From UHGV virus genome UHGV-1280367: a DNA stretch of 29,457 bases, one strand, 5' to 3'. The position numbers and the translations under genes are program-made. The DNA comes from a virus. Shown in pieces: positions 1 to 8,312 of the stretch (position 1 is the stretch's first letter; every line of letters starts with the position of its first letter). The notes below the pieces were generated by a model. The model saw nothing but the letters and a program-made list of their open reading frames with translations, was not told the origin of the DNA and made no database searches.

Positions 1-446
1 CAGTTGACGTTGACAGAACAACTTTCCATGGTTCTCCTGCTGTAGCTATCTATGCAATGGATGGAGCAATAGTTAAATGTACCAATGGAGAGTCTCAGAC
101 AACTACAGGTACAACAATTATTGCTCAGAACGCAAAAGTCAGCGCCGACGGGTTTAAAGTTAGAGGAAAACCAAGCAATGGATTCAGAGCCACGGCATCA
201 GGAAGAATATCAGCCAGAAATTCAGTAGTAGAAGAATCGGGGCAATATTCATTTTCTGCAGAAGGACTTGGTTCATTTATTGACGCAACAAACTCAACAT
301 CAGGAAGCGCATTTACAGGCTATAAAGCGAGTGGGGGCGGACAAATAAACGCAACAGGCACGACAACGACGGGGTCATATGTTGATGCGCCATATAATCC
401 TGAAATCAACACTACTGACAATAAGTTAACACTGATTAGTAAATGA
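1..446 (+). CDS. Tail fibre protein, C-terminal part (5' end lies outside the window)
   Basis: The frame of ORF 57..446 stays open back to base 3 with no stop, so the gene is 5'-truncated by the window. Gly/Ser/Thr-rich low-complexity tail typical of fibre tips. Sits directly upstream of the lysis cassette. Confidence 0.45.
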   Translation, partial: VDVDRTTFHGSPAVAIYAMDGAIVKCTNGESQTTTGTTIIAQNAKVSADGFKVRGKPSNGFRATASGRISARNSVVEESGQYSFSAEGLGSFIDATNSTSGSAFTGYKASGGGQINATGTTTTGSYVDAPYNPEINTTDNKLTLISK

Positions 447-528
447 TACAAACAATGCGTATTAACCATATATGGTTGTTGTATATAATTTATCCGCCAG
501 TTAATTGATTATTTATGCATAATAAACG

Positions 529-942
529 GTGTTGGTTATGTCGATGCAAATTACTAATGAGTCTTTAAATCAGTGGCTTAGCATGAGTTCTCTGGCGGCA
601 GTTATAGCAGGAGCACCTCCTGAGGTTGCTTTGGGGTCTTTGGCTGGTGCAGTAATTTTTATTACCTCTGCGGTAGAGTACCCAATGCGTCGTCGCGTAC
701 TATTGTCGATGCTTAGCTTTATCTGCGGACTTCTTTTCTACAAACCAGCAGCATCAATTCTTATCGGCATAGCCAGCCTGATCCCTACCATTACGCAGGA
801 CTCGTTTGAGAAAGGGATTGTTTTCTCTGCTGGCGCTTTCGTGTCAGCAATTGTTGCAGTGCGAATTGGCATCTGGCTCTATCACCGTTCCGATAATCCA
901 CGCGAGCTAATTCCGGGGAGAAAAGACGATGGTAACGCATGA
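529..942 (+). CDS. Multi-pass membrane protein, possible holin or antiholin partner
   Basis: 137-aa ORF with 3-4 hydrophobic helices. GTG at 529, alternative ATG at 538. Its stop overlaps the start of the next membrane-protein gene, immediately upstream of the endolysin. Confidence 0.45.
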   Translation: MLVMSMQITNESLNQWLSMSSLAAVIAGAPPEVALGSLAGAVIFITSAVEYPMRRRVLLSMLSFICGLLFYKPAASILIGIASLIPTITQDSFEKGIVFSAGAFVSAIVAVRIGIWLYHRSDNPRELIPGRKDDGNA

Positions 943-1237
943 GCTTTTTTTGCTTATCACCAATGCAGTTATTTGTACTGGCATAGCAATTCGCGTTGTC
1001 AGTTTCCGGCGTAACGGTTCGCAACACCGAAGATGGGGTGGGTGGCTTGCTTATTTCCTGATTGTTGCTGCAGCCAGTATTCCAGTTCGTGTCGTCTATG
1101 CAATCTGGTTACGCATACCAATGGCTGTGGATTTATCTGAGGTCATTATCAATGCTGCCATGCTTGCTGCGGTTATTAAAACGCGCGGTAACGTCGTGCA
1201 GATTTTTAAAATAACGAGGTCTAAACATGGAGATTAA
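929..1237 (+). CDS. Holin-like membrane protein
   Basis: 102 aa with three hydrophobic segments and a charged C-terminal tail. Its stop (1235..1237) overlaps the first endolysin start codon (atggagattaa), the usual holin-endolysin coupling. Confidence 0.55.
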   Translation: MVTHELFLLITNAVICTGIAIRVVSFRRNGSQHRRWGGWLAYFLIVAAASIPVRVVYAIWLRIPMAVDLSEVIINAAMLAAVIKTRGNVVQIFKITRSKHGD

Positions 1238-1714
1238 ACAATTCCAGCGAGCTGCTGGTATTAGCGAGGCGCTGGCCGCACGCTGGTTCTCGCATATAAC
1301 TTCTGCGATGAAAGAGTTTGGTATCAGCAAAGCAGAAGATCAGGCAATGTTTATTGCTCAGGTCGGGCATGAGTCTGGTGGCTTGCTTATTTCCTGATTG
1401 TTGCTGCAGCCAGTATTCCAGTTCGTGTCGTCTATGCAATCTGGTTACGCATACCAATGGCTGTGGATTTATCTGAGGTCATTATCAATGCTGCCATGCT
1501 TGCTGCGGTTATTAAAACGCGCGGTAACGTCGTGCAGATTTTTAAAATAACGAGGTCTAAACATGGAGATTAAACAATTCCAGCGAGCTGCTGGTATTAG
1601 CGAGGCGCTGGCCGCACGCTGGTTCTCGCATATAACTTCTGCGATGAAAGAGTTTGGTATCAGCAAAGCAGAAGATCAGGCAATGTTTATTGCTCAGGTC
1701 GGGCATGAGTCTGG
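1041..1714. repeat. Perfect tandem duplication, 2 x 336 bp (1041..1376 and 1377..1712, identity extending two further bases to 1378/1714)
   Basis: Base-by-base comparison shows the two copies are identical. The six-frame track also shows identical antisense ORFs at 1133..1330 and 1469..1666. The unit covers the holin 3' two-thirds plus the first 50 codons of the endolysin. Confidence 0.95.
1227..1397 (+). pseudogene. Truncated 5' copy of the endolysin gene created by the duplication (56 codons then stop)
   Basis: ATG at 1227 gives MEIKQ...AQVGHESGG, identical to the first 52 residues of the full endolysin, then crosses the duplication junction out of frame (LLIS, stop at 1395..1397). Confidence 0.55.
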
Positions 1715-2192
1715 GGGCTTCACCCGGTTGCAGGAAAATTTCAACTACAGCGTCACCGGACTGGCTAACTTCGTTCGGGCTGGGCGTCTTACCCATGGAC
1801 AGGCTAATGCACTGGGTCGCCGTGCTGGTGAACCACCATTGCCACTCGAGCGCCAGCGCGCGATCGCAAATCTGGTGTACAGCAAACGCATGGGGAACGG
1901 TGCTCCCGGCGATGGCTGGAATTACCGTGGGCGCGGACTTATCCAGATTACCGGTTTGAATAACTATCGTGATTGCGGAAACGGTCTGAAGGTTGACCTG
2001 CTGGAGAGCCCTGAACTGCTGGCGCAGGACGAATATGCGGCTCGTAGCGCGGCGTGGTTCTTCGCCAGCAAAGGATGTATGAAGTATACCGGCGATATTG
2101 CACGTGTAACTCTGATTATCAATGGTGGCCGGAACGGCATCGACGACCGGCGCGCGCGATACATCAATGCCAGTAAGGTGCTGGCGGTATGA
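1563..2192 (+). CDS. Endolysin, glycoside hydrolase family 19 (chitinase-like) type
   Basis: 209 aa; the block [13 protein letters not shown]...GRGLIQITG...AAWFF is recognisable as GH19-type phage endolysin (recognition by eye). Start overlaps the second holin-tail copy; stop overlaps the Rz start (atga). Confidence 0.8.
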   Translation: MEIKQFQRAAGISEALAARWFSHITSAMKEFGISKAEDQAMFIAQVGHESGGFTRLQENFNYSVTGLANFVRAGRLTHGQANALGRRAGEPPLPLERQRAIANLVYSKRMGNGAPGDGWNYRGRGLIQITGLNNYRDCGNGLKVDLLESPELLAQDEYAARSAAWFFASKGCMKYTGDIARVTLIINGGRNGIDDRRARYINASKVLAV

Positions 2193-2686
2193 TCCTGACA
2201 TTCGTAAAAGCATATTGGAAACAGCTGCTTATCGTGTTGATGCTTGCTGCTCTGTTCATCGTCGGAGTGGTTGCCTGGAATATACACGGCAGCCGCCAGT
2301 ATGATGCCGGGTATGCGCAGGCACAGGAAGATCAGAAACAGGCTGATGATAAGGCCAGGTCACAACGTGATCAGGAGAAAACACAAATTGAACGTGAAGC
2401 ACAGTCCCGTATCGATGTGGCGCGTGTTGATGCTGAGCATGCTAATGCCGCTGCTGACAGCCTGCGCGCCGAGCTTGACAAAACCAAGCGACTCGCCGAA
2501 CACTATACCGGATCTTTCCCCACTGGCACGCCAGCCAGCAAGGTCATCGGTGTGCTCGCCGACATGCTTGAAGAAAGCAATCGAGTTTACAACGCAACAG
2601 CAGCTGAGGCTGAAAAGTATCGGATTGCAGGAGAATCCTGCGAACAGCAATACGATTCACTGAAGAAGCAAAAATCGTGGCACTGA
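2189..2686 (+). CDS. Rz: i-spanin (Rz-like)
   Basis: 165 aa with an N-terminal transmembrane helix followed by a charged coiled-coil-like region. Directly follows the endolysin with an ATGA overlap. Confidence 0.75.
   Translation: MILTFVKAYWKQLLIVLMLAALFIVGVVAWNIHGSRQYDAGYAQAQEDQKQADDKARSQRDQEKTQIEREAQSRIDVARVDAEHANAAADSLRAELDKTKRLAEHYTGSFPTGTPASKVIGVLADMLEESNRVYNATAAEAEKYRIAGESCEQQYDSLKKQKSWH
2415..2663 (+). CDS. Rz1: o-spanin (Rz1-like lipoprotein) embedded in the +1 frame of Rz
   Basis: Internal ATG at 2415 gives [17 protein letters not shown]..., a signal peptide with lipobox LTAC followed by a Pro-rich mature part. Wholly embedded in Rz as in lambda. Alternative starts at 2430, 2439 and 2445. 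Confidence 0.7.
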   Translation: MWRVLMLSMLMPLLTACAPSLTKPSDSPNTIPDLSPLARQPARSSVCSPTCLKKAIEFTTQQQLRLKSIGLQENPANSNTIH

Positions 2687-2836
2687 TTTCCGGTGACGGT
2701 ATATAAAACGGTACAGTGAAAATCAGGTTGCAGAAAATTGTTATCAGTCAATTGGTTATGTATGTCGTAAATAATTGAGTGGGAATGATTAACAGCTAAC
2801 TCATAGCAACTCATTCCTATTCAGATACTAATTTAA

Positions 2837-2866
2837 CCCTCTGTTTTTACAGAGGGTTTTTTGTTT
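2837..2866 (+). terminator. Rho-independent terminator after the lysis cassette
   Basis: Hairpin ccctctgt / acagaggg followed by ttttttgttttt. Confidence 0.7.
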
Positions 2867-2924
2867 TTATGTATTCATTTCTATTCACTCTACACCATAT
2901 TTTTCGGCGGTACAGGTGACGGTA

Positions 2925-2939
2925 TTACCTTAAAGGTAT
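2925..2939. promoter_or_regulatory. Operator-like palindrome TTACC-ttaaa-GGTAT upstream of int
   Basis: A copy of the 15-bp TTACC-N5-GGTAA motif that recurs across the window, 43 bp upstream of the int start. Confidence 0.4.
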
Positions 2940-2981
2940 ACTCTCATACCGTCATGAAAATGGTTTCTATACGGGTGAATT

Positions 2982-4232
2982 GTGCTTACCGATACAAAAT
3001 TAAAGAACCTCAAGCCACAGGACAAACTGTACAAAGTTTCCGATCGTGACGGGCTGTATGTAGCTGTGCTTACGTCAGGTACGGTCTCGTTTCGCTATGA
3101 CTACCGTATCAACGGTCGCCGCGAAACACTGGTAATCGGGCAGTATGGGCGTGACGGTATCAGCCTGGCAGAAGCGCGAGAAGAACTGATTGCTGCAAAG
3201 AAGCTGCTTAAAGCAGGCCAGTCGCCGGCTGCGGCTAAACGTGACGGTATCAAAAAGATTCGTGGTGCCGAGACGTTTGCGGTACATACCGACAGTTATA
3301 TGAAACACGTCATCCTGGCTGAAAGTACCCGCGCAATGAAGCAGGCAGTGATCGACCGTGACATACTTCCTGTTCTTGGCAACAAAATGATGACTGAAAT
3401 TACCACATCGATGGTTCGTGATTTGTGTGACCGGATTGTCGAACGCGGTGGTCGGGCAACAGCTGTACAGGCCAGGGAGATCATCAGCAGCGTATACCGT
3501 CACGCCAATGACCGTGGTCATGGTTTGTTTAATCCTGCGGCTGACATTAAACCTTCGTCTATCGCCATATTTAAACCACGAGAGCGAACACTGACACCAG
3601 AAGAAATTGGCCTGTTCTTCCGCACGCTGGATGCCATTGGTGCTATGGGCACTATGAAAATGGCTTTAAAGCTGGTGCTTATCACTATGGTTCGTAAAGG
3701 CGAATTCACCAACGCAACGTGGGATGAAATAGATTTTAAAAAATGGACATGGACAATTCCTTCAGACCGCATGAAGGGAAGCCGGGCGCACGTTATTTAC
3801 CTGCCTAAACAGGCTCAGGATATATTGATCGGGTTGCAGATGTGCGCTGGTGGAAGTGAATATCTGGTTCCTGGTCGTTACAATTTCCGGAAGCCATTAT
3901 CTAATGCCGCGCTGAACTCTCTGATCGACAGAACGGTGAAAATAATAAATGAAGATGGTGAGCATATTCAGGGCTTCACCGTACACGATATGCGCCGTAC
4001 AGCCAGTACGTTGTTGCATGAGGCTGGTTATCCTTCAGACTGGATTGAAAAGGCTCTGGCACATGAGCAGAAAGGTGTGCGCGCCGTATATAACAAAGCG
4101 GAATACGCCAGACAGCGCGCCTACATGTTGCAGCAGTGGGCCGATATGATCGATTCCTGGATTGACGGGGAGCATACGGATCTGATTCCGTTCTCCCCGT
4201 CGAAGTTTGAGAAGTGGATGGCGGGGGAATAA
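2982..4232 (+). CDS. int: Tyrosine integrase (P4-like, with N-terminal arm-binding domain)
   Basis: 416 aa, GTG start. The N-terminus MLTDTKLKNLKP...DGLYVAV and a C-terminal catalytic region with conserved R, H-x-x-R and Y residues fit the phage integrase family. Confidence 0.85.
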   Translation: MLTDTKLKNLKPQDKLYKVSDRDGLYVAVLTSGTVSFRYDYRINGRRETLVIGQYGRDGISLAEAREELIAAKKLLKAGQSPAAAKRDGIKKIRGAETFAVHTDSYMKHVILAESTRAMKQAVIDRDILPVLGNKMMTEITTSMVRDLCDRIVERGGRATAVQAREIISSVYRHANDRGHGLFNPAADIKPSSIAIFKPRERTLTPEEIGLFFRTLDAIGAMGTMKMALKLVLITMVRKGEFTNATWDEIDFKKWTWTIPSDRMKGSRAHVIYLPKQAQDILIGLQMCAGGSEYLVPGRYNFRKPLSNAALNSLIDRTVKIINEDGEHIQGFTVHDMRRTASTLLHEAGYPSDWIEKALAHEQKGVRAVYNKAEYARQRAYMLQQWADMIDSWIDGEHTDLIPFSPSKFEKWMAGE

Positions 4233-4235
4233 CGT

Positions 4236-4430
4236 TTAATTATTCTGCTGATTTTCTTCCATCTCGGCTTCTGCTGCCAGTGATTCAATTTTATCTGTGA
4301 ATATTGCTGACAGTGTTGCAAATTCAGCATCAGTGACAGCGGGAATTGGAACAAACCTGATCCCGCTGTGTGCAAGCATGTTTGCAGTTTCAAGGCATTT
4401 TCTTAAATCTGCTGGTGATGCCCTGTTCAT
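4236..4430 (-). CDS. Small hypothetical protein (64 aa), translationally coupled to the methyltransferase
   Basis: Internal ATG at 4430 of ORF 4236..4550 overlaps the methyltransferase stop (ATGA). Acidic C-terminus. It converges on the int stop with a 3-bp gap. Confidence 0.4.
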   Translation of the reverse strand: MNRASPADLRKCLETANMLAHSGIRFVPIPAVTDAEFATLSAIFTDKIESLAAEAEMEENQQNN

Positions 4431-5077
4431 GCTGCACGCTCCCGCCCCTGGTTGTCTGTTGGTGACAGCGGAGTATTGCTGAATGCATTTGTTAATCTGG
4501 CAATATCCAACGCGTATCCAGGGTGTAGTTGCACTGCCGGGTCTTCGCACTGATTACCCCAAACATCGAAACCATGAGACGACTGGCGGGCGAACAGTTC
4601 AATGCGAGAAACATCGCCTAACAATTGCACAAGTTTTTCACGAACGATATCTGGTTTTCTTGAATGCTCAAGCCGCGGTGCGGTAAATGACTGAACGATC
4701 CCTGCATTAATGCGCGTAGGTAGTTTTCCCTTTACCGCAAACAGGCAATCTTCACTATTGGCGCGAGTCATGTGCCCCATACCCATAACCAGTTTATCTG
4801 GTTGTCGACTACCACATTTTATCCACGTGAAGCCCTTCATGGTCATCAGACGGAATCCCCAGGATTCAACAACTTTTAGTGCTTCGAGTGGTTGTGTTGG
4901 CACCCACCACATGGCCAACAGACAGTTTTCATCGGCCAAATCCCACACAGGAAGGCGGCAGATATCCAGCACACTCATAACCGGATATTTAAAACCGGCA
5001 CCGCGATTACCATCTGCGGCTTTGTCCCGGTATACCCAGGGTGGATCTGCATAGATTAGTGTGTATTTCTTAGTCAT
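4427..5077 (-). CDS. MT-A70 family N6-adenine DNA methyltransferase
   Basis: 216 aa. N-terminal YADPPW catalytic motif and overall pattern typical of phage orphan Dam-like methylases. Confidence 0.75.
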   Translation of the reverse strand: MTKKYTLIYADPPWVYRDKAADGNRGAGFKYPVMSVLDICRLPVWDLADENCLLAMWWVPTQPLEALKVVESWGFRLMTMKGFTWIKCGSRQPDKLVMGMGHMTRANSEDCLFAVKGKLPTRINAGIVQSFTAPRLEHSRKPDIVREKLVQLLGDVSRIELFARQSSHGFDVWGNQCEDPAVQLHPGYALDIARLTNAFSNTPLSPTDNQGRERAA

Positions 5078-5369
5078 AAACCACCCCGCAACATCCTATG
5101 CCGCTATAGTCGCCACGGCGAAGGCCGTTACCTTTTGTGATACATTGGTCCCTGCGAACCGCGATCCTTGCACGCTCAACATCACCAGAAGCAACATCCA
5201 TACACTGAAGCCAAAGGTGGGCGGCAATGCGGAACTGCCCTTTTTTCTCTCTTTCAATCGCGCGTTTTTCGATCTCTATCGCCGCAGGAGTAACGGCAAC
5301 AACCTTTGAAGGGCTGCGCATTGAAACCTTGTTCATGTGATATTTTTCAAGTCGGCTTAACTTTCTCAC
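5070..5369 (-). CDS. Hypothetical protein
   Basis: ORF overlapping the methyltransferase start by 8 nt; start is uncertain (GTG at 5369 or ATG at 5336). No recognisable motif. Confidence 0.35.
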   Translation of the reverse strand: MRKLSRLEKYHMNKVSMRSPSKVVAVTPAAIEIEKRAIEREKKGQFRIAAHLWLQCMDVASGDVERARIAVRRDQCITKGNGLRRGDYSGIGCCGVVYD

Positions 5370-5478
5370 TTAATCCAACCCTCTCTGAAAATTAATGCCA
5401 GCAGATAAAGCCATGCAGAAACAGAGGCCAGGAATAAGTACCATCCTGACCATTTGCTCCAGTGCCTTAGCAGCACAC

Positions 5479-5727
5479 TCATGCCGCGTTGCTCACGGGA
5501 CGATATACACGTTGCTGAACAGGAGGTTTTTTACCCTGGAACTCTGCCGGGCTTGCTGCCTGACGTTCATCAAGCCAACGCTCAACTTCATCACGGTTCC
5601 ATGCGCAGCGTTTATCGGTGATATACCAGCGTTTAGGAAATTCCCCTGCGCGCTCCATACGGTCGATAGTGCTCCATGACAGTGGCACCACCGCCATGAG
5701 TTCCTTCTTACCTAATGCACCTTTCAT
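5479..5727 (-). CDS. AlpA-family DNA-binding protein (putative excisionase or regulator)
   Basis: 82 aa; the segment LSWSTIDRMERAGEFPKRWYITDKRCAWNRDEVERWL matches the AlpA/Xis-like helix-turn-helix pattern. Confidence 0.65.
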   Translation of the reverse strand: MKGALGKKELMAVVPLSWSTIDRMERAGEFPKRWYITDKRCAWNRDEVERWLDERQAASPAEFQGKKPPVQQRVYRPVSNAA

Positions 5728-5776
5728 AAATACCTCTCTTGGTTGCAGTGCGGCGCGCGTGGCGCCGCGGTGGTGG

Positions 5777-6799
5777 TTACTCGAATTCTGGACGCATATC
5801 GTTAAGCGTCATCATGAATTTTTGGTGATATTCATCACCGAGCTTGTCAGCCATGGTGTTAATTTCATTTTCAGCGCGCTTGAACATCGTTTTTGCATCT
5901 TCAGCAGATGGATCCAGGCTATTAAGTATCGCGATGATATATTCTCGAGCTTCTTCTCGTTCTGAATCTGAAATTGGCGATAGGTGTTGACGCTCATCGT
6001 CAACTACGGAATATTCACCAGTGATAACAGCTGCGTTATCTTGGCTAAGTCCAGCTTCAGCGCGCTCATCCATAACAACAGCCTTCTGCATTTCAATAGA
6101 AACAGGAAGATATTTGAACAGTCGGCGAATTACTGTTTTTTTAGCCATCTCATCGAAGTGATCAACCCATGGGCCACTGCTACCGGCTTTGCTCAGTGCA
6201 CGAACTTTCTCAACGTCTGCCCGGCTCATAACTTCAAATTGGACTCCGCCATCTTTCAGTCGTGCAACGGCGTAAACGTGCGTTAATTCTCCGCGGTCAC
6301 CTGTTTCGCAAGGTAAATGCTCGAGCGTTTCTTCCAGGCCGTATGAGTAGCTGAATTTGTCGTTTGTATGTACGGTACGAGCCGAGATACTCAGGATCTG
6401 CCCAGAGCGGCGGGCAAGGTCAATCATTCCGCGATAGCCGATAATCAGCTGTGCTTCTGTAGATACGGTTTCCCATCTTCCATTTACTTTCTGGCGTTTG
6501 TCGAACGGTATCAGGTAAGCGTGTCCAAGAGCTCCGCCTGGTTCAAGACCCAATTGGGCACATTGCATAATTGCCCCCAGGAAGCTGGCTTGGTCGCATG
6601 ATGCAAGTTTTGGAACCTTTCGGATCTCTGTGGTTGCTATGCGCGCCAGACGGTCTGCTGTCATGTGCTTTGGAAGTGCCAAAGCCATCTGAGCTTTAAT
6701 TTTTGGGTCTGCCAGAAGTCCGGCCAGAGTTGTTGGTTTCTCATTATGATGTGCAACTTGGTTACCGGTAGCCGCTGCCTTAAGTGCATTGATAGACAT
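5777..6799 (-). CDS. recT: RecT-family single-strand annealing recombinase
   Basis: 340 aa; blocks such as HMTADRLARIATTEIRKVP, QLIIGYRGMIDLARRSGQI, THVYAVARLKDGG.QFEVM and AKKT.IRRLFKYLPVSIE closely follow E. coli Rac RecT as I recall it. Confidence 0.85.
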   Translation of the reverse strand: MSINALKAAATGNQVAHHNEKPTTLAGLLADPKIKAQMALALPKHMTADRLARIATTEIRKVPKLASCDQASFLGAIMQCAQLGLEPGGALGHAYLIPFDKRQKVNGRWETVSTEAQLIIGYRGMIDLARRSGQILSISARTVHTNDKFSYSYGLEETLEHLPCETGDRGELTHVYAVARLKDGGVQFEVMSRADVEKVRALSKAGSSGPWVDHFDEMAKKTVIRRLFKYLPVSIEMQKAVVMDERAEAGLSQDNAAVITGEYSVVDDERQHLSPISDSEREEAREYIIAILNSLDPSAEDAKTMFKRAENEINTMADKLGDEYHQKFMMTLNDMRPEFE

Positions 6800-6808
6800 T
6801 TTTTCTCC

Positions 6809-7708
6809 TTACTTCATTCTGAAGACGCGTTGTGTCGTTGTTGTTTTGAATTTTTCGAATAACTCAGGGTGTACTGACTGGAATAGCTTCTGGTCGAATC
6901 TGTTGCTGATCTGAGATTTCCATGTGCAGAGCGGCTTTCCGTCCAGGGTCAGGACTGAGTGCTCTTGCATGTACATCTTCAGCTTCTCTTCTGATATAGC
7001 TATTTCTTCTTCCAGTGATTTTCTGCGTGACTTCATGTCTCGTAGATCGTTGAATAGTGCGAGTGCCTTTCCGTCAGCCTCGATACTTGTACCGGCATCT
7101 TTCTCAAACATCAGTGATACATCGCTTACGCTGGTAGCTTCCGGCGGGTTAAGATTTTTCACTCGGTCCCAGAAAGCGATTTCTTTTTCTAAGATCGCCT
7201 GGATAGTTTCTTCATCACGCTCAACCCGATAGATTCGGAAGTCGTCGCCACCGATAAGCACACCGAAAACGCATACCTGTTTGTTTGTAACCATCAACCC
7301 GTGCATGGCCTGGGCCGTGTAATGCACAGGAATTGCATCTGTCTGGATTTCTCCCCATTCTTTGGCTTTGAACGGACTAACTGTTTTGATCTCAATGTTC
7401 TCGCCTGACGCTGCTTCTGCATCGATCTCAGCTGCAATAAAATCGTAATCACGGTGGATATAGCGGTTTCCGCGATGAACGATTTCCATCCCTGTTTCCT
7501 CAGAAAGCAGGTCTATTACGTATGGCTCCATACGCTGGCCACGCGTGAAAACTTTCTGCTTGCTTGGGTCTACTGGTTTGACACGTGGCTGGACCTTATC
7601 CAGATAAACCTCAAGCGGGGTGCGCCATGGGCTAATTCCAAGAATCCCTGCAACATCGCTTCCTCCGATGTATTTTGTTCTATCCATGATTCCAGCGTTC
7701 CGCATCAT
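6809..7708 (-). CDS. YqaJ-like (lambda-Exo fold) recombination exonuclease
   Basis: 299 aa. N-terminal IGGSDVAGILGISPWRTPLEVY is the YqaJ hallmark. Sits immediately upstream of recT as the expected exo/annealase pair. Confidence 0.7.
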   Translation of the reverse strand: MMRNAGIMDRTKYIGGSDVAGILGISPWRTPLEVYLDKVQPRVKPVDPSKQKVFTRGQRMEPYVIDLLSEETGMEIVHRGNRYIHRDYDFIAAEIDAEAASGENIEIKTVSPFKAKEWGEIQTDAIPVHYTAQAMHGLMVTNKQVCVFGVLIGGDDFRIYRVERDEETIQAILEKEIAFWDRVKNLNPPEATSVSDVSLMFEKDAGTSIEADGKALALFNDLRDMKSRRKSLEEEIAISEEKLKMYMQEHSVLTLDGKPLCTWKSQISNRFDQKLFQSVHPELFEKFKTTTTQRVFRMK

Positions 7709-8004
7709 GCCGCGTCCCTCTGCCCATCAATCTGATCAGCCAGATCCCAGCGGGCGATAATTGCCATTGCCTCGCGACGGTAGGCATCCATCAGTTCTTC
7801 GAACTCAGGGCTGTCTTTAGCAGCCTCCAGTACTTCCTGACGAACGCCTTTGCCTGTTACAACGTCGAAAGTTGAGGACAGTTGATGAAGTCGGATGCTC
7901 TCAATCAGTTCAACTTGTCGGTCATATAGCTGTTCTGACAGGCGGTAGTCCTTGTCGAATGCCAGCATGATTTTTTGAAGATTTTTCTGCTGATTAACGT
8001 TCAT
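7705..8004 (-). CDS. Hypothetical early protein
   Basis: About 100 aa from the ATG at 8004 (the track ORF extends to 8019). Overlaps the exonuclease start; no recognisable motif. Confidence 0.4.
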   Translation of the reverse strand: MNVNQQKNLQKIMLAFDKDYRLSEQLYDRQVELIESIRLHQLSSTFDVVTGKGVRQEVLEAAKDSPEFEELMDAYRREAMAIIARWDLADQIDGQRDAA

Positions 8005-8007
8005 TAT

Positions 8008-8159
8008 CAGCCCTCCCATATCTCGTTATCGTTGGCCACATCGCGAGCTTCTTTGCTGACGAAAGCCCACTTAATGCCTTCCTGTAAGGTGCGGAACTTC
8101 CAGCTCATGAATCCGCATGCAGTAACGCAGTACCAACCGTTGATGATTTTCCACTGCAT
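8008..8159 (-). CDS. Small hypothetical protein (50 aa), first gene of the leftward early operon
   Basis: Found by manual translation of the minus strand: MQWKIINGWYCVTACGFMSWKF..., stop 3 nt before the next gene's start. Below the ORF-track length cutoff. Confidence 0.3.
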
Positions 8160-8178
8160 AACTTGTTACCTCGGTCTG

Positions 8179-8255
8179 TTACCGTTGAGGTAATAATTAT
8201 GCTTATTTGGTTTGGTGTCAATAGATATGAGTTAAAAAAATTACCCGTAAGGTAA
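8179..8255. promoter_or_regulatory. Leftward early promoter/operator region with two TTACC-N5-GGTAA palindromes (8179..8193, 8241..8255)
   Basis: Two exact copies of the palindrome lie between the repressor terminator and the first leftward gene. Confidence 0.5.
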
Positions 8256-8265
8256 TCTATCTGGC

Positions 8266-8292
8266 AATAAAAAAGCCGCCATGAGGCGGCTT
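8266..8292 (-). terminator. Rho-independent terminator of the repressor gene
   Basis: Hairpin gccgcc-atga-ggcggc with an A6 run on the + strand, giving a U-run on the minus-strand transcript. Lies just downstream of the repressor stop. Confidence 0.7.
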
Positions 8293-8312
8293 ACTTGCTG
8301 AAAACTATAGTT

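Larger units (their letters stand above)
2690..2960. other. Candidate attP region with arm-type repeats
   Basis: Non-coding stretch directly upstream of int. GGTGACGGTAT occurs at 2696 and 2916 with an inverted copy at 2946..2956; CGGTACAG occurs twice (2710 and 2908); inverted repeat ggaatga/tcattcc at 2782..2817. The core site cannot be fixed without the host sequence. Confidence 0.35.

Noticed and set aside
1557-2213. 218-aa minus-strand ORF covering the endolysin gene
   Set aside because: Fully antisense to a well-supported GH19-type endolysin and translationally coupled + strand genes; low-complexity composition. Judged a spurious antisense frame.
2244-2414. The upstream 57 codons of the +1 frame ORF 2244..2663 as part of Rz1
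   Set aside because: An o-spanin needs only the signal peptide plus lipobox, which begin at the internal ATG at 2415; the upstream extension is Arg-rich and lies across the Rz transmembrane region.
5748-5768. GC-rich hairpin between recT and the AlpA-like gene as a terminator
   Set aside because: No U-run follows on the minus (coding) strand; more likely a structural element or coincidental palindrome.
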